Positions 1 to 15,150 of a DNA stretch of 64,000 bases are shown piece after piece. The notes beneath the pieces are model-generated. The model made no database searches. It was not told the DNA's origin and worked only from the letters and a program-made list of their open reading frames with translations. Position numbers and translations under genes: made by a program. The DNA is from Eledone cirrhosa (taxonomy: Eukaryota): the NCBI GenBank assembly GCA_964016885.1, contig OZ024744.1:107570001-107634000 (forward strand), given 5' to 3'. Within the stretch, counting starts at the first letter, position 1. Every line of letters starts with the position of its first letter.

Positions 1-3000
1 ACTGTCCCATCTGTAGTGTACTCAACAGATACAGTGTTGATATCTTTACAGTGAGACCTGACTGTCCCATCTGTAATGTACTCAACAGATACAGTGTTGA
101 TATCTTTACAGTGAGACCCGACAGTCCCATCTGTAGTGAACTCAACAGATACAGTGTTGATATCTTTACAGTGAGACCTGACTGTCCCGTCTGTAATGCA
201 CCCAACAGATACAGTGTTGATATCTTTACAGTGAGACCTGACTGTCCCATGTGTAATGTACTCAACAGATACAGTGTTGATATCTGTACAGTAAGACCTG
301 ACTGTGCCATCTGTAATGCACTCAACAGATACAGTGTTGATATGTGTACAGTGAGACCTGACCGTCCGATCTGTAATGTACTCAACAGATACAGTGTTGA
401 TATATGTACAGTAAGACCCGACTGTCCCATCTGTAATGCACTCAACAGATACAGTGTTGATATCTGTACACTGAGACTTGACTGTCCCATCTGTAATGTA
501 CTCAACAGATACAGTGTTGATATCTGTACAGTGAGACCTGACCGTCCGATCTGTAATGTACTCAACAGATACAGTGTTGATATATGTACAGTAAGACCTG
601 ACTGTCCCATCTGTAATGCACTCAACAGATACAGTGTTGATATCTGTACAGTAAGACCCGACTGTCCCATCTGTAATGCACTCAACAGATACAGTGTTGA
701 TATCTGTACAGTAACACCTGACTGTTCCATCTGTAATGCACTCAACAGATAGTGTTGATATCTTTACAGTAAGACCTGACTGAGCCATCTGTAATGCACT
801 CAACAGATACAGTGTTGATATCTGTACAGTAAGACCTGACCGTCCCATCTGTAATGTACTCAACAGATACAGTGTTGATATCTGTACAGTGAGACCTAAC
901 TGTCCCATCTGTAATATACTCAACAGATACAGTGTTGATATCTGGGTAGGGAGACCTGACTGTCCCATCTGTAATGCACTCAACAGATAGTGTTGATATC
1001 TGTACAGTAAGACCTGACTGTCCCATCTGTAATGCACTCAATAGATACAGTGTTGATATCTGTACAGTAAGACCTGACTGTCCCATCTGTAATTAACTCA
1101 ACAGATACAGTGTTGATATCTGTACAGTGAGACCTGACTGTCCCATCTGTAATGTACTCAACAGATACAGTGTTGATATCTGTACAGTGAGACCTGACTG
1201 TCCCATCTGTAATGTACTCAACAGATACAGTGTTGATATCTGTACAGTAACACCTGACTGTCCCATCTGTAATGCACTCAACAGATACAGTGTTGATATC
1301 TGTACAGTAAGACCTGACTGTATCATCTGTAATGCACTCAACAGATACAGTGTTGATATCTGTACAGTGAGACCTGACTGTCCCATCTGTAATATACTCA
1401 ACAGATACAGTGTTGATATCTGGGTAGTGAGACCTGACTGTATCATCTGTAATGCACTCAACAGATACAGTGTTGATATATGTACAGTAAGACCTGACTG
1501 TCCCATCTGTAATGTACTCAACAGATACAGTGTTGATATCTGTACAGTAAGACCTGACTGTTCCATCTGTAATGTACTCAACAGATACAGTGTTGATATC
1601 TGTACAGTGAGACCTGACTGTCCCATCTGTAATGCTCTCAACAGATACAGTGTTGATATCTGTACAGTGAGACCTGACTGTCCCATCTGTAATGCACTCA
1701 ACAGATACAGTGTTGATACCTGTACAGTAAGACCTGACTGTCCCATCTGTAATGCACTCAACAGATACAGTGTTGATATCTGTACAGTGAGACCTGACTG
1801 TCCCATCTGTAATGCACTCAACAGATAGTGTTGATATCTGTACAGTAAGACCTGACTGTCCCATCTGTAATGCACTCAATAGATACAGTGTTGATATCTT
1901 TACAGTAAGACCTGACTGTCCCATCTGTAATGCACTCAACAGATACAGTGTTGATATCTTTACAGTAAGACCTGACTGTCCCATCTGTAACGTAATCAAC
2001 AGATACAGTGTTGATATCTGTACAGTAACACCTGACTGTCCCATCTGTAATGTACTCAACAGATACAGTGTTGATATCTGTACAGTGAGACCTGACTGTC
2101 CCATCTGTAATGTACTCAACAGATACAGTGTTGATATCTGTACAGTGAGACCTGACTGTCCCATCTGTAATGCACTCAACAGATACAGTGTTGATATCTG
2201 TACAGTGAGACCCGACTGTCCCATCTGTAATGCACTCAACAGATACAGTGTTGATATCTGCACAGTGAGACCTGACCGTCCAATCTGTAACGTACTCAAC
2301 AGATACAGTGTTGATATATGTACAGTAAGACCCGACTGTCCCATCTGTAATGCACTCAACAGATACAGTGTTGATATCTGTACAGTAACACCTGACTGTC
2401 CCATCTGTAATGCACTCAACAGATAGTGTTGATATCTTTACAGTAAGACCTGACTGTGCCATCTGTAATGTACTCAACAGATACAGTGTTGATATCCGTA
2501 CAGTAAGACTTGACTGTGCCATCTGTAATGCACTCAACAGATACAGTGTTGATATCTGTACAGTAAGACCTGACTGTGCCATCTGTAATGCACTCAACAG
2601 ATACAGTGTTGATATCTGTACAGTAAGACCTGACTGTCCCATCTGTAGTGTACTCAACAGATACAGTGTTGATATCTTTACAGTGAGACCTGACTGTCCC
2701 ATCTGTAATGCACTCAACAGATAGTGTTGATATCTGTACAGTAAGACCTGACTGTCCCATCTGTAATGCACTCAATAGATACAGTGTTGATATCTTTACA
2801 GTAAGACCTGACTGTCCCATCTGTAATGCACTCAACAGATACAGTGTTGATATCTTTACAGTAAGACCTGACTGTCCCATCTGTAACGTAATCAACAGAT
2901 ACAGTGTTGATATCTGTACAGTAACACCTGACTGTCCCATCTGTAATGTACTCAACAGATACAGTGTTGATATCTGTACAGTGAGACCTGACTGTCCCAT

Positions 3001-6000
3001 CTGTAATGTACTCAACAGATACAGTGTTGATATCTGTACAGTGAGACCTGACTGTCCCATCTGTAATGCACTCAACAGATACAGTGTTGATATCTGTACA
3101 GTGAGACCCGACTGTCCCATCTGTAATGCACTCAACAGATACAGTGTTGATATCTGTACAGTGAGACCTGACCGTCCAATCTGTAACGTACTCAACAGAT
3201 ACAGTGTTGATATATGTACAGTAAGACCCGACTGTCCCATCTGTAATGCACTCAACAGATACAGTGTTGATATCTGTACAGTAACACCTGACTGTCCCAT
3301 CTGTAATGCACTCAACAGATAGTGTTGATATCTTTACAGTAAGACCTGACTGTGCCATCTGTAATGTACTCAACAGATACAGTGTTGATATCTGTACAGT
3401 AAGACCTGACTGTCCCATCTGTAGTGTACTCAACAGATACAGTGTTGATATCTTTACAGTGAGACCTGACTGTCCCATCTGTAATGTACTCAACAGATAC
3501 AGTGTTGATATCTTTACAGTGAGACCTGACTGTCCCATCTGTAATGTACTCAACAGATACAGTGTTGATATCTTTACAGTGAGACCCGACAGTCCCATCT
3601 GTAGTGAACTCAACAGATACAGTGTTGATATCTTTACAGTGAGACCTGACTGTCCCATGTGTAATGTACTCAACAGATACAGTGTTGATATCTGTACAGT
3701 AAGACCTGACTGTGCCATCTGTAATGCACTCAACAGATACAGTGTTGATATGTGTACAGTGAGACCTGACCGTCCGATCTGTAATGTACTCAACAGATAC
3801 AGTGTTGATATATGTACAGTAAGACCCGACTGTCCCATCTGTAATGCACTCAACAGATACAGTGTTGATATCTGTACACTGAGACTTGACTGTCCCATCT
3901 GTAATGTACTCAACAGATACAGTGTTGATATCTGTACAGTGAGACCTGACCGTCCGATCTGTAATGTACTCAACAGATACAGTGTTGATATATGTACAGT
4001 AAGACCTGACTGTCCCATCTGTAATGCACTCAACAGATACAGTGTTGATATCTGTACAGTAAGACCCGACTGTCCCATCTGTAATGCACTCAACAGATAC
4101 AGTGTTGATATCTGTACAGTAACACCTGACTGTTCCATCTGTAATGCACTCAACAGATAGTGTTGATATCTTTACAGTAAGACCTGACTGAGCCATCTGT
4201 AATGCACTCAACAGATACAGTGTTGATATCTGTACAGTAAGACCTGACTGTCCCATCTGTAGTGTACTCAACAGATACAGTGTTGATATCTTTACAGTGA
4301 GACCTGACTGTCCCATCTGTAATGTACTCAACAGATACAGTGTTGATATCTTTACAGTGAGACCCGACTGTCCCATCTGTAGTGAACTCAACAGATACAG
4401 TGTTGATATCTTTACAGTGAGACCTGACTGTCCCGTCTGTAATGCCCCCAACAGATACAGTGTTGATATCTGTACAGTGAGACCTGACTGTCCCATCTGT
4501 AATGTATTCAACAGATACAGTGTTGATATCTGTACAGTAAGACCTGACTGTGCCATCTGTAATGCACTCAACAGATACAGTGTTGATATCTGTACAGTGA
4601 GACCTGACTGTCCCATCTGTAATGCACTCAATATATACAGTGTTGATATCTGTACAGTAAGACCTGACTGTCCCATCTGTAATGCACTCAACAGATACAG
4701 TGTTGATATCTGTACAGTGAGACCTGACTATCCCATCTGTAATGCACGCAACAGATACAGTGTTGATATCTGTACAGTAAGACCTGACTGTGCCATATGT
4801 AATGCACTCGACATATACAGTGTTGATATCTGTACAGAGAGACCTGACTGTCCCATCTGTAATGCACTCAGCAGATAGTGTTGATATCTGTACAGTAACA
4901 ACTGACTGTCCCATCTGTAATGCACTCAACAGATACAGTGTTGATATCTGTACAGTAAGACCTGACTGTCCCAACTGTAATGTACTCAACAGATACAGTG
5001 TTGATATCTGTACAGTAAGACCTGACTGTGCCATGTGTAATGTACTCAACAGATACAGTGTTGATATCTGTCCAGTAAGACCTGACTGTGCCATCTGTAA
5101 TGTACTCAACAGATACAGTGTTGATATCTTTACAGTGAGACCTGACTGTCCCAACTGTAATGTACTCAACAGATACAGTGTTGATATCTGTACAGTAAGA
5201 CCTGACTGTCCCGTCTGTAATTAACTCAACAGATACAGTGTTGATATCTGTACAGTGAGACCTGACTGTCCCATCTGTAATGTACTCAACAGATACAGTG
5301 TTGATATCTGTACAGAGAGACCTGACTGTCCCATCTGTAATGTACTCAACAGATACAGTGTTGATATCTGTACAGTAACACCTGACTGTCCCATCTGTAA
5401 TGCACTCAACAGATACAGTGTTGATATCTGTACAGTAAGACCTGACTGTATCATCTGTAATGCACTCAACAGATACAGTGTTGATATCTGTACAGTGAGA
5501 CCTGACTGTCCCATCTGTAATATACTCAACAGATACAGTGTTGATATCTGGGTAGTGAGACCTGACTGTATCATCTGTAATGCACTCAACAGATACAGTG
5601 TTGATATATGTACAGTAAGACCTGACTGTCCCATCTGTAATGTACTCAACAGATACAGTGTTGATATCTGTACAGTAAGACCTGACTGTTCCATCTGTAA
5701 TGTACTCAACAGATACAGTGTTGATATCTGTACAGTGAGACCTGACTGTCCCATCTGTAATGCACTCAACAGATACAGTGTTGATATCTGTACAGTGAGA
5801 CCTGACTGTCCCATCTGTAATGCACTCAACAGATACAGTGTTGATACCTGTACAGTAAGACCTGACTGTCCCATCTGTAATGCACTCAACAGATACAGTG
5901 TTGATATCTGTACAGTGAGACCTGACTGTCCCATCTGTAATGCACTCAACAGATAGTGTTGATATCTGTACAGTGAGACCTGACTGTCCCATCTGTAATG

Positions 6001-9000
6001 CACTCAACAGATAGTGTTGATATCTGTACAGTAAGACCTGACTGTCCCATCTGTAATGTACTCAACAGATAGTGTTGATATCTTTACAGTGAGACCTGAC
6101 CGTCCCATCTGTAATGCACTCAACAGATACAGTGTTGATATCTGTTCAGTGAGACCTGACTGTCCCATCTGTAATGCACTCAACAGATAGTGTTGATATC
6201 TGTACAGTAAGACCTGACTGTCCCATCTGTAATGCACTCAATAGATACAGTGTTGATATCTTTACAGTAAGACCTGACTGTCCCATCTGTAATGCACTCA
6301 ACAGATACAGTGTTGATATCTTTACAGTAAGACCTGACTGTCCCATCTGTAACGTAATCAACAGATACAGTGTTGATATCTGTACAGTAACACCTGACTG
6401 TCCCATCTGTAATGTACTCAACAGATACAGTGTTGATATCTGTACAGTGAGAACTGACTGTCCCATCTGTAATGTACTCAACAGATACAGTGTTGATATC
6501 TGTACAGTGAGACCTGACTGTCCCATCTGTAATGCACTCAACAGATACAGTGTTGATATCTGTACAGTGAGACCCGACTGTCCCATCTGTAATGCACTCA
6601 ACAGATACAGTGTTGATATCTGTACAGTGAGACCTGACCGTCCAATCTGTAACGTACTCAACAGATACAGTGTTGATATATGTACAGTAAGACCCGACTG
6701 TCCCATCTGTAATGCACTCAACAGATACAGTGTTGATATCTGTACAGTAACACCTGACTGTCCCATCTGTAATGCACTCAACAGATAGTGTTGATATCTT
6801 TACAGTAAGACCTGACTGTGCCATCTGTAATGTACTCAACAGATACAGTGTTGATATCCGTACAGTAAGACTTGACTGTGCCATCTGTAATGTACTCAAC
6901 AGATACAGTGTTGATATCTGTACAGTAAGACCTGACTGTGCCATCTGTAATGCACTCAACAGATACAGTGTTGATATCTGTACAGTAAGACCTGACTGTC
7001 CCATCTGTAGTGTACTCAACAGATACAGTGTTGATATCTTTACAGTGAGACCTGACTGTCCCATCTGTAATGTACTCAACAGATACAGTGTTGATATCTT
7101 TACAGTGAGACCCGACAGTCCCATCTGTAGTGAACTCAACAGATACAGTGTTGATATCTTTACAGTGAGACCTGACTGTCCCGTCTGTAATGCACCCAAC
7201 AGATACAGTGTTGATATCTTTACAGTGAGACCTGACTGTCCCATGTGTAATGTACTCAACAGATACAGTGTTGATATCTGTACAGTAAGACCTGACTGTG
7301 CCATCTGTAATGCACTCAACAGATACAGTGTTGATATGTGTACAGTGAGACCTGACCGTCCGATCTGTAATGTACTCAACAGATACAGTGTTGATATATG
7401 TACAGTAAGACCCGACTGTCCCATCTGTAATGCACTCAACAGATACAGTGTTGATATCTGTACACTGAGACTTGACTGTCCCATCTGTAATGTACTCAAC
7501 AGATACAGTGTTGATATCTGTACAGTGAGACCTGACCGTCCGATCTGTAATGTACTCAACAGATACAGTGTTGATATATGTACAGTAAGACCTGACTGTC
7601 CCATCTGTAATGCACTCAACAGATACAGTGTTGATATCTGTACAGTAAGACCCGACTGTCCCATCTGTAATGCACTCAACAGATACAGTGTTGATATCTG
7701 TACAGAGAGACCTGACTGTCCCATCTGTAATGCACTCAGCAGATAGTGTTGATATCTGTACAGTAACACCTGACTGTCCCATCTGTAATGCACTCAACAG
7801 ATACAGTGTTGATATCTGTACAGTAAGACCTGACTGTCCCAACTGTAATGTACTCAACAGATACAGTGTTGATATCTTTACAGTAAGACCTGACTGTGCC
7901 ATGTGTAATGTACTCAACAGATACAGTGTTGATATCTGTCCAGTAAGACCTGACTGTGCCATCTGTAATGTACTCAACAGATACAGTGTTGATATCTTTA
8001 CAGTGAGACCTGACTGTCCCAACTGTAATGTACTCAACAGATACAGTGTTGATATCTGTACAGTAAGACCTGACTGTCCCGTCTGTAATTAACTCAACAG
8101 ATACAGTGTTGATATCTGTACAGTGAGACCTGACTGTCCCATCTGTAATGTACTCAACAGATACAGTGTTGATATCTGTACAGTGAGACCTGACTGTCCC
8201 ATCTGTAATGTACTCAACAGATACAGTGTTGATATCTGTACAGTAACACCTGACTGTCCCATCTGTAATGCACTCAACAGATACAGTGTTGATATCTGTA
8301 CAGTAAGACCTGACTGTATCATCTGTAATGCACTCAACAGATACAGTGTTGATATCTGTACAGTGAGACCTGACTGTCCCATCTGTAATATACTCAACAG
8401 ATACAGTGTTGATATCTGGGTAGTGAGACCTGACTGTATCATCTGTAATGCACTCAACAGATACAGTGTTGATATATGTACAGTAAGACCTGACTGTCCC
8501 ATCTGTAATGTACTCAACAGATACAGTGTTGATATCTGTACAGTAAGACCTGACTGTTCCATCTGTAATGTACTCAACAGATACAGTGTTGATATCTGTA
8601 CAGTGAGACCTGACTGTCCCATCTGTAATGCACTCAACAGATACAGTGTTGATATCTGTACAGTGAGACCTGACTGTCCCATCTGTAATGCACTCAACAT
8701 ATACAGTGTTGATACCTGTACAGTAAGACCTGACTGTCCCATCTGTAATGCACTCAACAGATACAGTGTTGATATCTGTACAGTGAGACCTGACTGTCCC
8801 ATCTGTAATGCACTCAACAGATAGTGTTGATATCTGTACAGTGAGACCTGACTGTCCCATCTGTAATGCACTCAACAGATAGTGTTGATATCTGTACAGT
8901 AAGACCTGACTGTCCCATCTGTAATGTACTCAACAGATAGTGTTGATATCTTTACAGTGAGACCTGACCGTCCCATCTGTAATGCACTCAACAGATACAG

Positions 9001-12000
9001 TGTTGATATCTGTTCAGTGAGACCTGACTGTCCCATCTGTAATGCACTCAACAGATAGTGTTGATATCTGTACAGTAAGACCTGACTGTCCCATCTGTAA
9101 TGCACTCAATAGATACAGTGTTGATATCTTTACAGTAAGACCTGACTGTCCCATCTGTAATGCACTCAACAGATACAGTGTTGATATCTTTACAGTAAGA
9201 CCTGACTGTCCCATCTGTAACGTAATCAACAGATACAGTGTTGATATCTGTACAGTAACACCTGACTGTCCCATCTGTAATGTACTCAACAGATACAGTG
9301 TTGATATCTGTACAGTGAGACCTGACTGTCCCATCTGTAATGTACTCAACAGATACAGTGTTGATATCTGTACAGTGAGACCTGACTGTCCCATCTGTAA
9401 TGCACTCAACAGATACAGTGTTGATATCTGTACAGTGAGACCCGACTGTCCCATCTGTAATGCACTCAACAGATACAGTGTTGATATCTGTACAGTGAGA
9501 CCTGACCGTCCAATCTGTAACGTACTCAACAGATACAGTGTTGATATATGTACAGTAAGACCCGACTGTCCCATCTGTAATGCACTCAACAGATACAGTG
9601 TTGATATCTGTACAGTAACACCTGACTGTCCCATCTGTAATGCACTCAACAGATAGTGTTGATATCTTTACAGTAAGACCTGACTGTGCCATCTGTAATG
9701 TACTCAACAGATACAGTGTTGATATCCGTACAGTAAGACTTGACTGTGCCATCTGTAATGCACTCAACAGATACAGTGTTGATATCTGTACAGTAAGACC
9801 TGACTGTGCCATCTGTAATGCACTCAACAGATACAGTGTTGATATCTGTACAGTAAGACCTGACTGTCCCATCTGTAGTGTACTCAACAGATACAGTGTT
9901 GATATCTTTACAGTGAGACCTGACTGTCCCATCTGTAATGTACTCAACAGATACAGTGTTGATATCTTTACAGTGAGACCCGACAGTCCCATCTGTAGTG
10001 AACTCAACAGATACAGTGTTGATATCTTTACAGTGAGACCTGACTGTCCCGTCTGTAATGCACCCAACAGATACAGTGTTGATATCTTTACAGTGAGACC
10101 TGACTGTCCCATGTGTAATGTACTCAACAGATACAGTGTTGATATCTTTACAGTGAGACCTGACTGTGCCATCTGTAATGCACTCAACAGATACAGTGTT
10201 GATATGTGTACAGTGAGACCTGACCGTCCGATCTGTAATGTACTCAACAGATACAGTGTTGATATATGTACAGTAAGACCCGACTGTCCCATCTGTAATG
10301 CACTCAACAGATACAGTGTTGATATCTGTACAGTAAGACCTGACTGTGCCATCTGTAATGCACTCAACAGATTCAGTGTTGATATGTGTACAGTGAGACC
10401 TGACCGTCCGATCTGTAATGTACTCAACAGATACAGTGTTGATATATGTACAGTAAGACCCGACTGTCCCATCTGTAATGCACTCAACAGATACAGTGTT
10501 GATATCTGTACACTGAGACTTGACTGTCCCATCTGTAATGTACTCAACAGATACAGTGTTGATATCTGTACAGTGAGACCTGACCGTCCGATCTGTAATG
10601 TACTCAACAGATACAGTGTTGATATATGTACAGTAAGACCTGACTGTCCCATCTGTAATGCACTCAACAGATACAGTGTTGATATCTGTACAGTAAGACC
10701 CGACTGTCCCATCTGTAATGCACTCAACAGATACAGTGTTGATATCTGTACAGTAACACCTGACTGTTCCATCTGTAATGCACTCAACAGATAGTGTTGA
10801 TATCTTTACAGTAAGACCTGACTGAGCCATCTGTAATGCACTCAACAGATACAGTGTTGATATCTGTACAGTAAGACCTGACTGTCCCATCTGTAGTGTA
10901 CTCAACAGATACAGTGTTGATATCTTTACAGTGAGACCTGACTGTCCCATCTGTAATGTACTCAACAGATACAGTGTTGATATCTTTACAGTGAGACCCG
11001 ACTGTCCCATCTGTAGTGAACTCAACAGATACAGTGTTGATATCTTTACAGTGAGACCTGACTGTCCCGTCTGTAATGCACCCAACAGATACAGTGTTGA
11101 TATCTTTACAGTGAGACCTGACTGTCCCATCTGTAATGTATTCAACAGATACAGTGTTGATATCTGTACAGTAAGACCTGACTGTGCCATCTGTAATGCA
11201 CTCAACAGATACAGTGTTGATATCTGTACAGTGAGACCTGACTGTCCCATCTGTAATGCACTCAATATATACAGTGTTGATATCTGTACAGTAAGACCTG
11301 ACTGTCCCATCTGTAATGCACTCAACAGATACAGTGTTGATATCTGTACAGTGAGACCTGACTATCCCATCTGTAATGCACGCAACAGATACAATGTTGA
11401 TATCTGTACAGTAAGACCTGACTGTGCCATCTGTAATGCACTCGACATATACAGTGTTGATATCTGTACAGAGAGACCTGACTGTCCCATCTGTAATGCA
11501 CTCAACAGATAGTGTTGATATCTGTACAGTAACACCTGACTGTCCCATCTGTAATGCACTCAACAGATACAGTGTTGATATCTTTACAGTAAGACCTGAC
11601 TGTCCCAACTGTAATGTACTCAACAGATACAGTGTTGATATCTGTACAGTAAGACCTGACTGTGCCATCTGTAATGTACTCAACAGATACAGTGTTGATA
11701 TCTGTACAGTAAGACCTGACTGTGCCATCTGTAATGTACTCAACAGATACAGTGTTGATATCTTTACAGTGAGACCTGACTGTCCCAACTGTAATGTACT
11801 CAACAGATACAGTGTTGATATCTTTACAGTGAGACCTGACTGTCCCATCTGTAATGTACTCAACAGATACAGTGTTGATATCTTTACAGTGAGACCCGAC
11901 TGTCCCATCTGTAGTGAACTCAACAGATACAGTGTTGATATCTTTACAGTGAGACCTGACTGTCCCGTCTGTAATGCACCCAAGAGATACAGTGTTGATA

Positions 12001-13939
12001 TCTTTACAGTGAGACCTGACTGTCCCATCTGTAATGTATTCAACAGATACAGTGTTGATATCTGTACAGTAAGACCTGACTGTGCCATCTGTAATGCACT
12101 CAACAGATACAGTGTTGATATCTGTACAGTGAGACCTGACTGTCCCATCTGTAATGCACTCAATATATACAGTGTTGATATCTGTACAGTAAGACCTGAC
12201 TGTCCCATCTGTAATGCACTCAACAGATACAGTGTTGATATCTGTACAGTGAGACCTGACTATCCCATCTGTAATGCACGCAACAGATACAGTGTTGATA
12301 TCTGTACAGTAAGACCTGACTGTGCCATCTGTAATGCACTCGACATATACAGTGTTGATATCTGTACAGAGAGACCTGACTGTCCCATCTGTAATGCACT
12401 CAACAGATAGTGTTGATATCTGTACAGTAACACCTGACTGTCCCATCTGTAATGCACTCAACAGATACAGTGTTGATATCTGTACAGTAAGACCTGACTG
12501 TCTCAACTGTAATGTACTCAACAGATACAGTGTTGATATCTGTACAGTAAGACCTGACTGTGCCATCTGTAATGTACTCAACAGATACAGTGTTGATATC
12601 TGTACAGTAAGACCTGACTGTGCCATCTGTAATGTACTCAACAGATACAGTGTTGATATCTTTACAGTGAGACCTGACTGTCCCAACTGTAATGTACTCA
12701 ACAGATACAGTGTTGATATCTGTACAGTAAGACCTGACTGTGCCATCTGTAATGCACTCAACAGATACAGTGTTGATATCTGTACAGTGAGACCTGACTG
12801 TCCCATCTGTAATGCACTTAACAGATACAGTGTTGATATTGTACAGTGAGACCTGACTGTCCCATCTGTAATGCACTCAACAGATACAGTGTTGATATCT
12901 GTACAGTAAGACCTGACTGTCCAATCTGTAATGCACTCAACAGATACAGTGTTGATATCTGTACAGTGAGATCTGACTGTCCCATCTGTAATGCACTCCA
13001 CAGATACAGTGTTGATATCTGCACAGTGAGACCTGACTGTCCCATCTGTAATGCACTCAACAGATACAGTGTTGATATCTGTACAGTAAGACCTGACTGT
13101 CCCATCTGTAATGCACTCAACAGATACAGTGTTGATATTGTACAGTGAGACCTGACTGTCCAATCTGTAATGCACTCAACAGATACAGTGTTGATATCTG
13201 TACAGTGAGATCTGACTGTCCCATCTGTAATGCACTCAACAGATACAGTGTTGATATCTGCACAGTGAGACCTGACTGTCCCATCTGTAATGCACTCAAC
13301 AGATACAGTGTTGATATCTGTACAGTAAGACCTGACTGTCCCATCTGTAATGCACTCAACAGATACAGTGTTGATATTGTACAGTGAGACCTGACTGTCC
13401 AATCTGTAATGCACTCAACAGATACAGTGTTGATATCTGTACAGTGAGACCTGACTGTCCCATCTGTAATGTACTCAACAGATACAGTGTTGATATCTGT
13501 ACAGTAAGACCTGACTGTCCCATCTGTAATGCACTCAACAGATACAGTGTTGATATTGTACAGTGAGACCTGACTGTCCCATCTGTAATGCACTCAACAG
13601 ATACAGTGTTGATATCTGTACAGTGAGACCTGACTGTCCCATCTGTAATGCACTCAACAGATACAGTGTTGATATCTGTACAGTAAGACCTGACTGTCCC
13701 ATCTGTAATGCACTCAACAGATACAGTGTTGATATTGTACAGTGAGACCTGACTGTCCCATCTGTAATGCACTCAACAGATACAGTGTTGATATTGTACA
13801 GTGAGACCTGACTGTCCAATCTGTAATGCACTCAACAGATACAGTGTTGATATCTGTACAGTGAGACCTGACTGTCCCATCTGTAATGTACTCAACAGAT
13901 ACAGTGTTGATATCTGTACAGTGAGACCTGACTGTCCCA
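1..13939 (+). repeat. 60-bp satellite array (~230 units), consensus ACTGTCCCATCTGTAATGYACTCAACAGATACAGTGTTGATATCTGTACAGTRAGACCTG; left edge lies outside the window
   Basis: Exact 60-nt periodicity is visible line by line. Occasional 58-bp units (GATACAG->GATAG) occur throughout, and 59-bp units (GATATTGTAC) occur after ~12840. Confidence 0.98.
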
Positions 13940-14848
13940 AATGTAAGACGTAGGAGATGGCTACTCTATTTTTTTGTCTGGAAAGAGTGAAGAAGACCAT
14001 CGTCAATCGGGTGTTGCTTCTGTCATCAGATCTGTTATTGCCAATTGCCTAACATCATTCCCCAAAGTTGTGCTGGTCACTGAATTTGGCAAACAACCCT
14101 TCTGTTATGCTAGTAAGTTGCTATGCCCCAACTCTCTATTCACCTGAGCAGGAGATTGAAATATTCTATGACCAGCTTCACACAGTGGTCTCCTCTGTTT
14201 CCAACAAGAACAGGCTGATCATATGAAGAGATTCCAATACTAGAGTTGGAAATGTCTTTCAAACATGGCATAACATCCTTGGATCTAACGGAGTCGGAGC
14301 TACGAACTCCAATGGACTTAGGCTGTTCTCACTCTGTAAAGAATTTCATCTCAGCATTCTTTCAACAACATGCAAGCCATAAAACAACATGGATGCATCC
14401 TAGATCCAAGGACTGGCATATGATTGACTATGTCATCACCTACAGGTGTCACTTAAAAGATTTTAATATCATTTGTTCGTTCCACACTTCTTGTTATATC
14501 TCTGATCATGCTCTGCTGCACAGTAAAGTTTCATTCAATCTTCCAAACAAAAGGCCTCTTCAGAAGCCACCTATCCCATCCAAGATTTATGTTGGTAAGC
14601 TACAATCAGTTGATGGGAGGCTGAAACCTTCTGCGAAGCTTGACTCATCCTTCGAATCTGTCCAGATTTCTGAAGACATTGAGGCCTCCTGGAAAGTACT
14701 CAAAGATGCCATCCATGCAGCTTCTGAGGAGATCTTAGGATTTCCTATGAGAAAACATCAGGACTGGTTTGATGAAGGCAACTCGGATGTCCAGAACCTT
14801 ATCAAAGGAATGTATAACCTACACAGGATTTGGAATGTAGATAAACCA
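13920..14848 (+). mobile_element. Degenerate RTE-clade LINE, apurinic-like endonuclease (APE) domain and start of the linker
   Basis: Manual translation across frameshifts gives SET*LS..DVGDGYSIFLSGK..RQSGVA, SCYAPT..IFYDQL, RLII*RDSNTRVG (GDFNARVG-like), TWMHPRSKDWHMIDYVI, SDH and RKHQDWFDE, all typical RTE endonuclease motifs. Ends at a (TA)n tract. Confidence 0.9.
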
Positions 14849-14891
14849 TAATATATATATTATATACGTGTGTATGTCTATATACTAATGG

Positions 14892-14928
<37 letters not shown>

Positions 14929-14934
14929 CCCCCT

Positions 14935-15109
14935 TTTTTTTCTAAATGTCTCTCCTCCACTCCCCTACACACCCTCGGAACTCTCTTCCCACACACTTTT
15001 TGCCTGAAGAAGGGCTTATGCCCGAAACGTCCTCCCCCCCACTCTCAAGAGCATAAAACTAATAAACCTTTGTTCATACTACCTCTCTGTTTTGTTCCTG
15101 TTCCATTTT

Positions 15110-15115
<6 letters not shown>
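14935..15115 (+). mobile_element. Short Penelope-like pLTR-type fragment with a minimal hammerhead-like motif
   Basis: CTGAAGA-A-GGGC(TTAT)GCCC-GAAAC-GTC at 15004-15031, followed by AATAAA and flanked by (TA)n. Confidence 0.5.

Positions 15116-15149
<34 letters not shown>

Positions 15150-15150
<1 letters not shown>

Noticed and set aside
51-13745. Cys-rich CPIC repeat ORFs resembling zinc-finger or metal-binding proteins
   Set aside because: They are products of a stop-free 60-bp unit, open in several frames on both strands and broken by 58/59-bp units. Variants show no evident codon-position bias.
1-13939. CRISPR-like array
   Set aside because: Units are contiguous with no unique spacers, there are no cas genes, and the context is eukaryotic.
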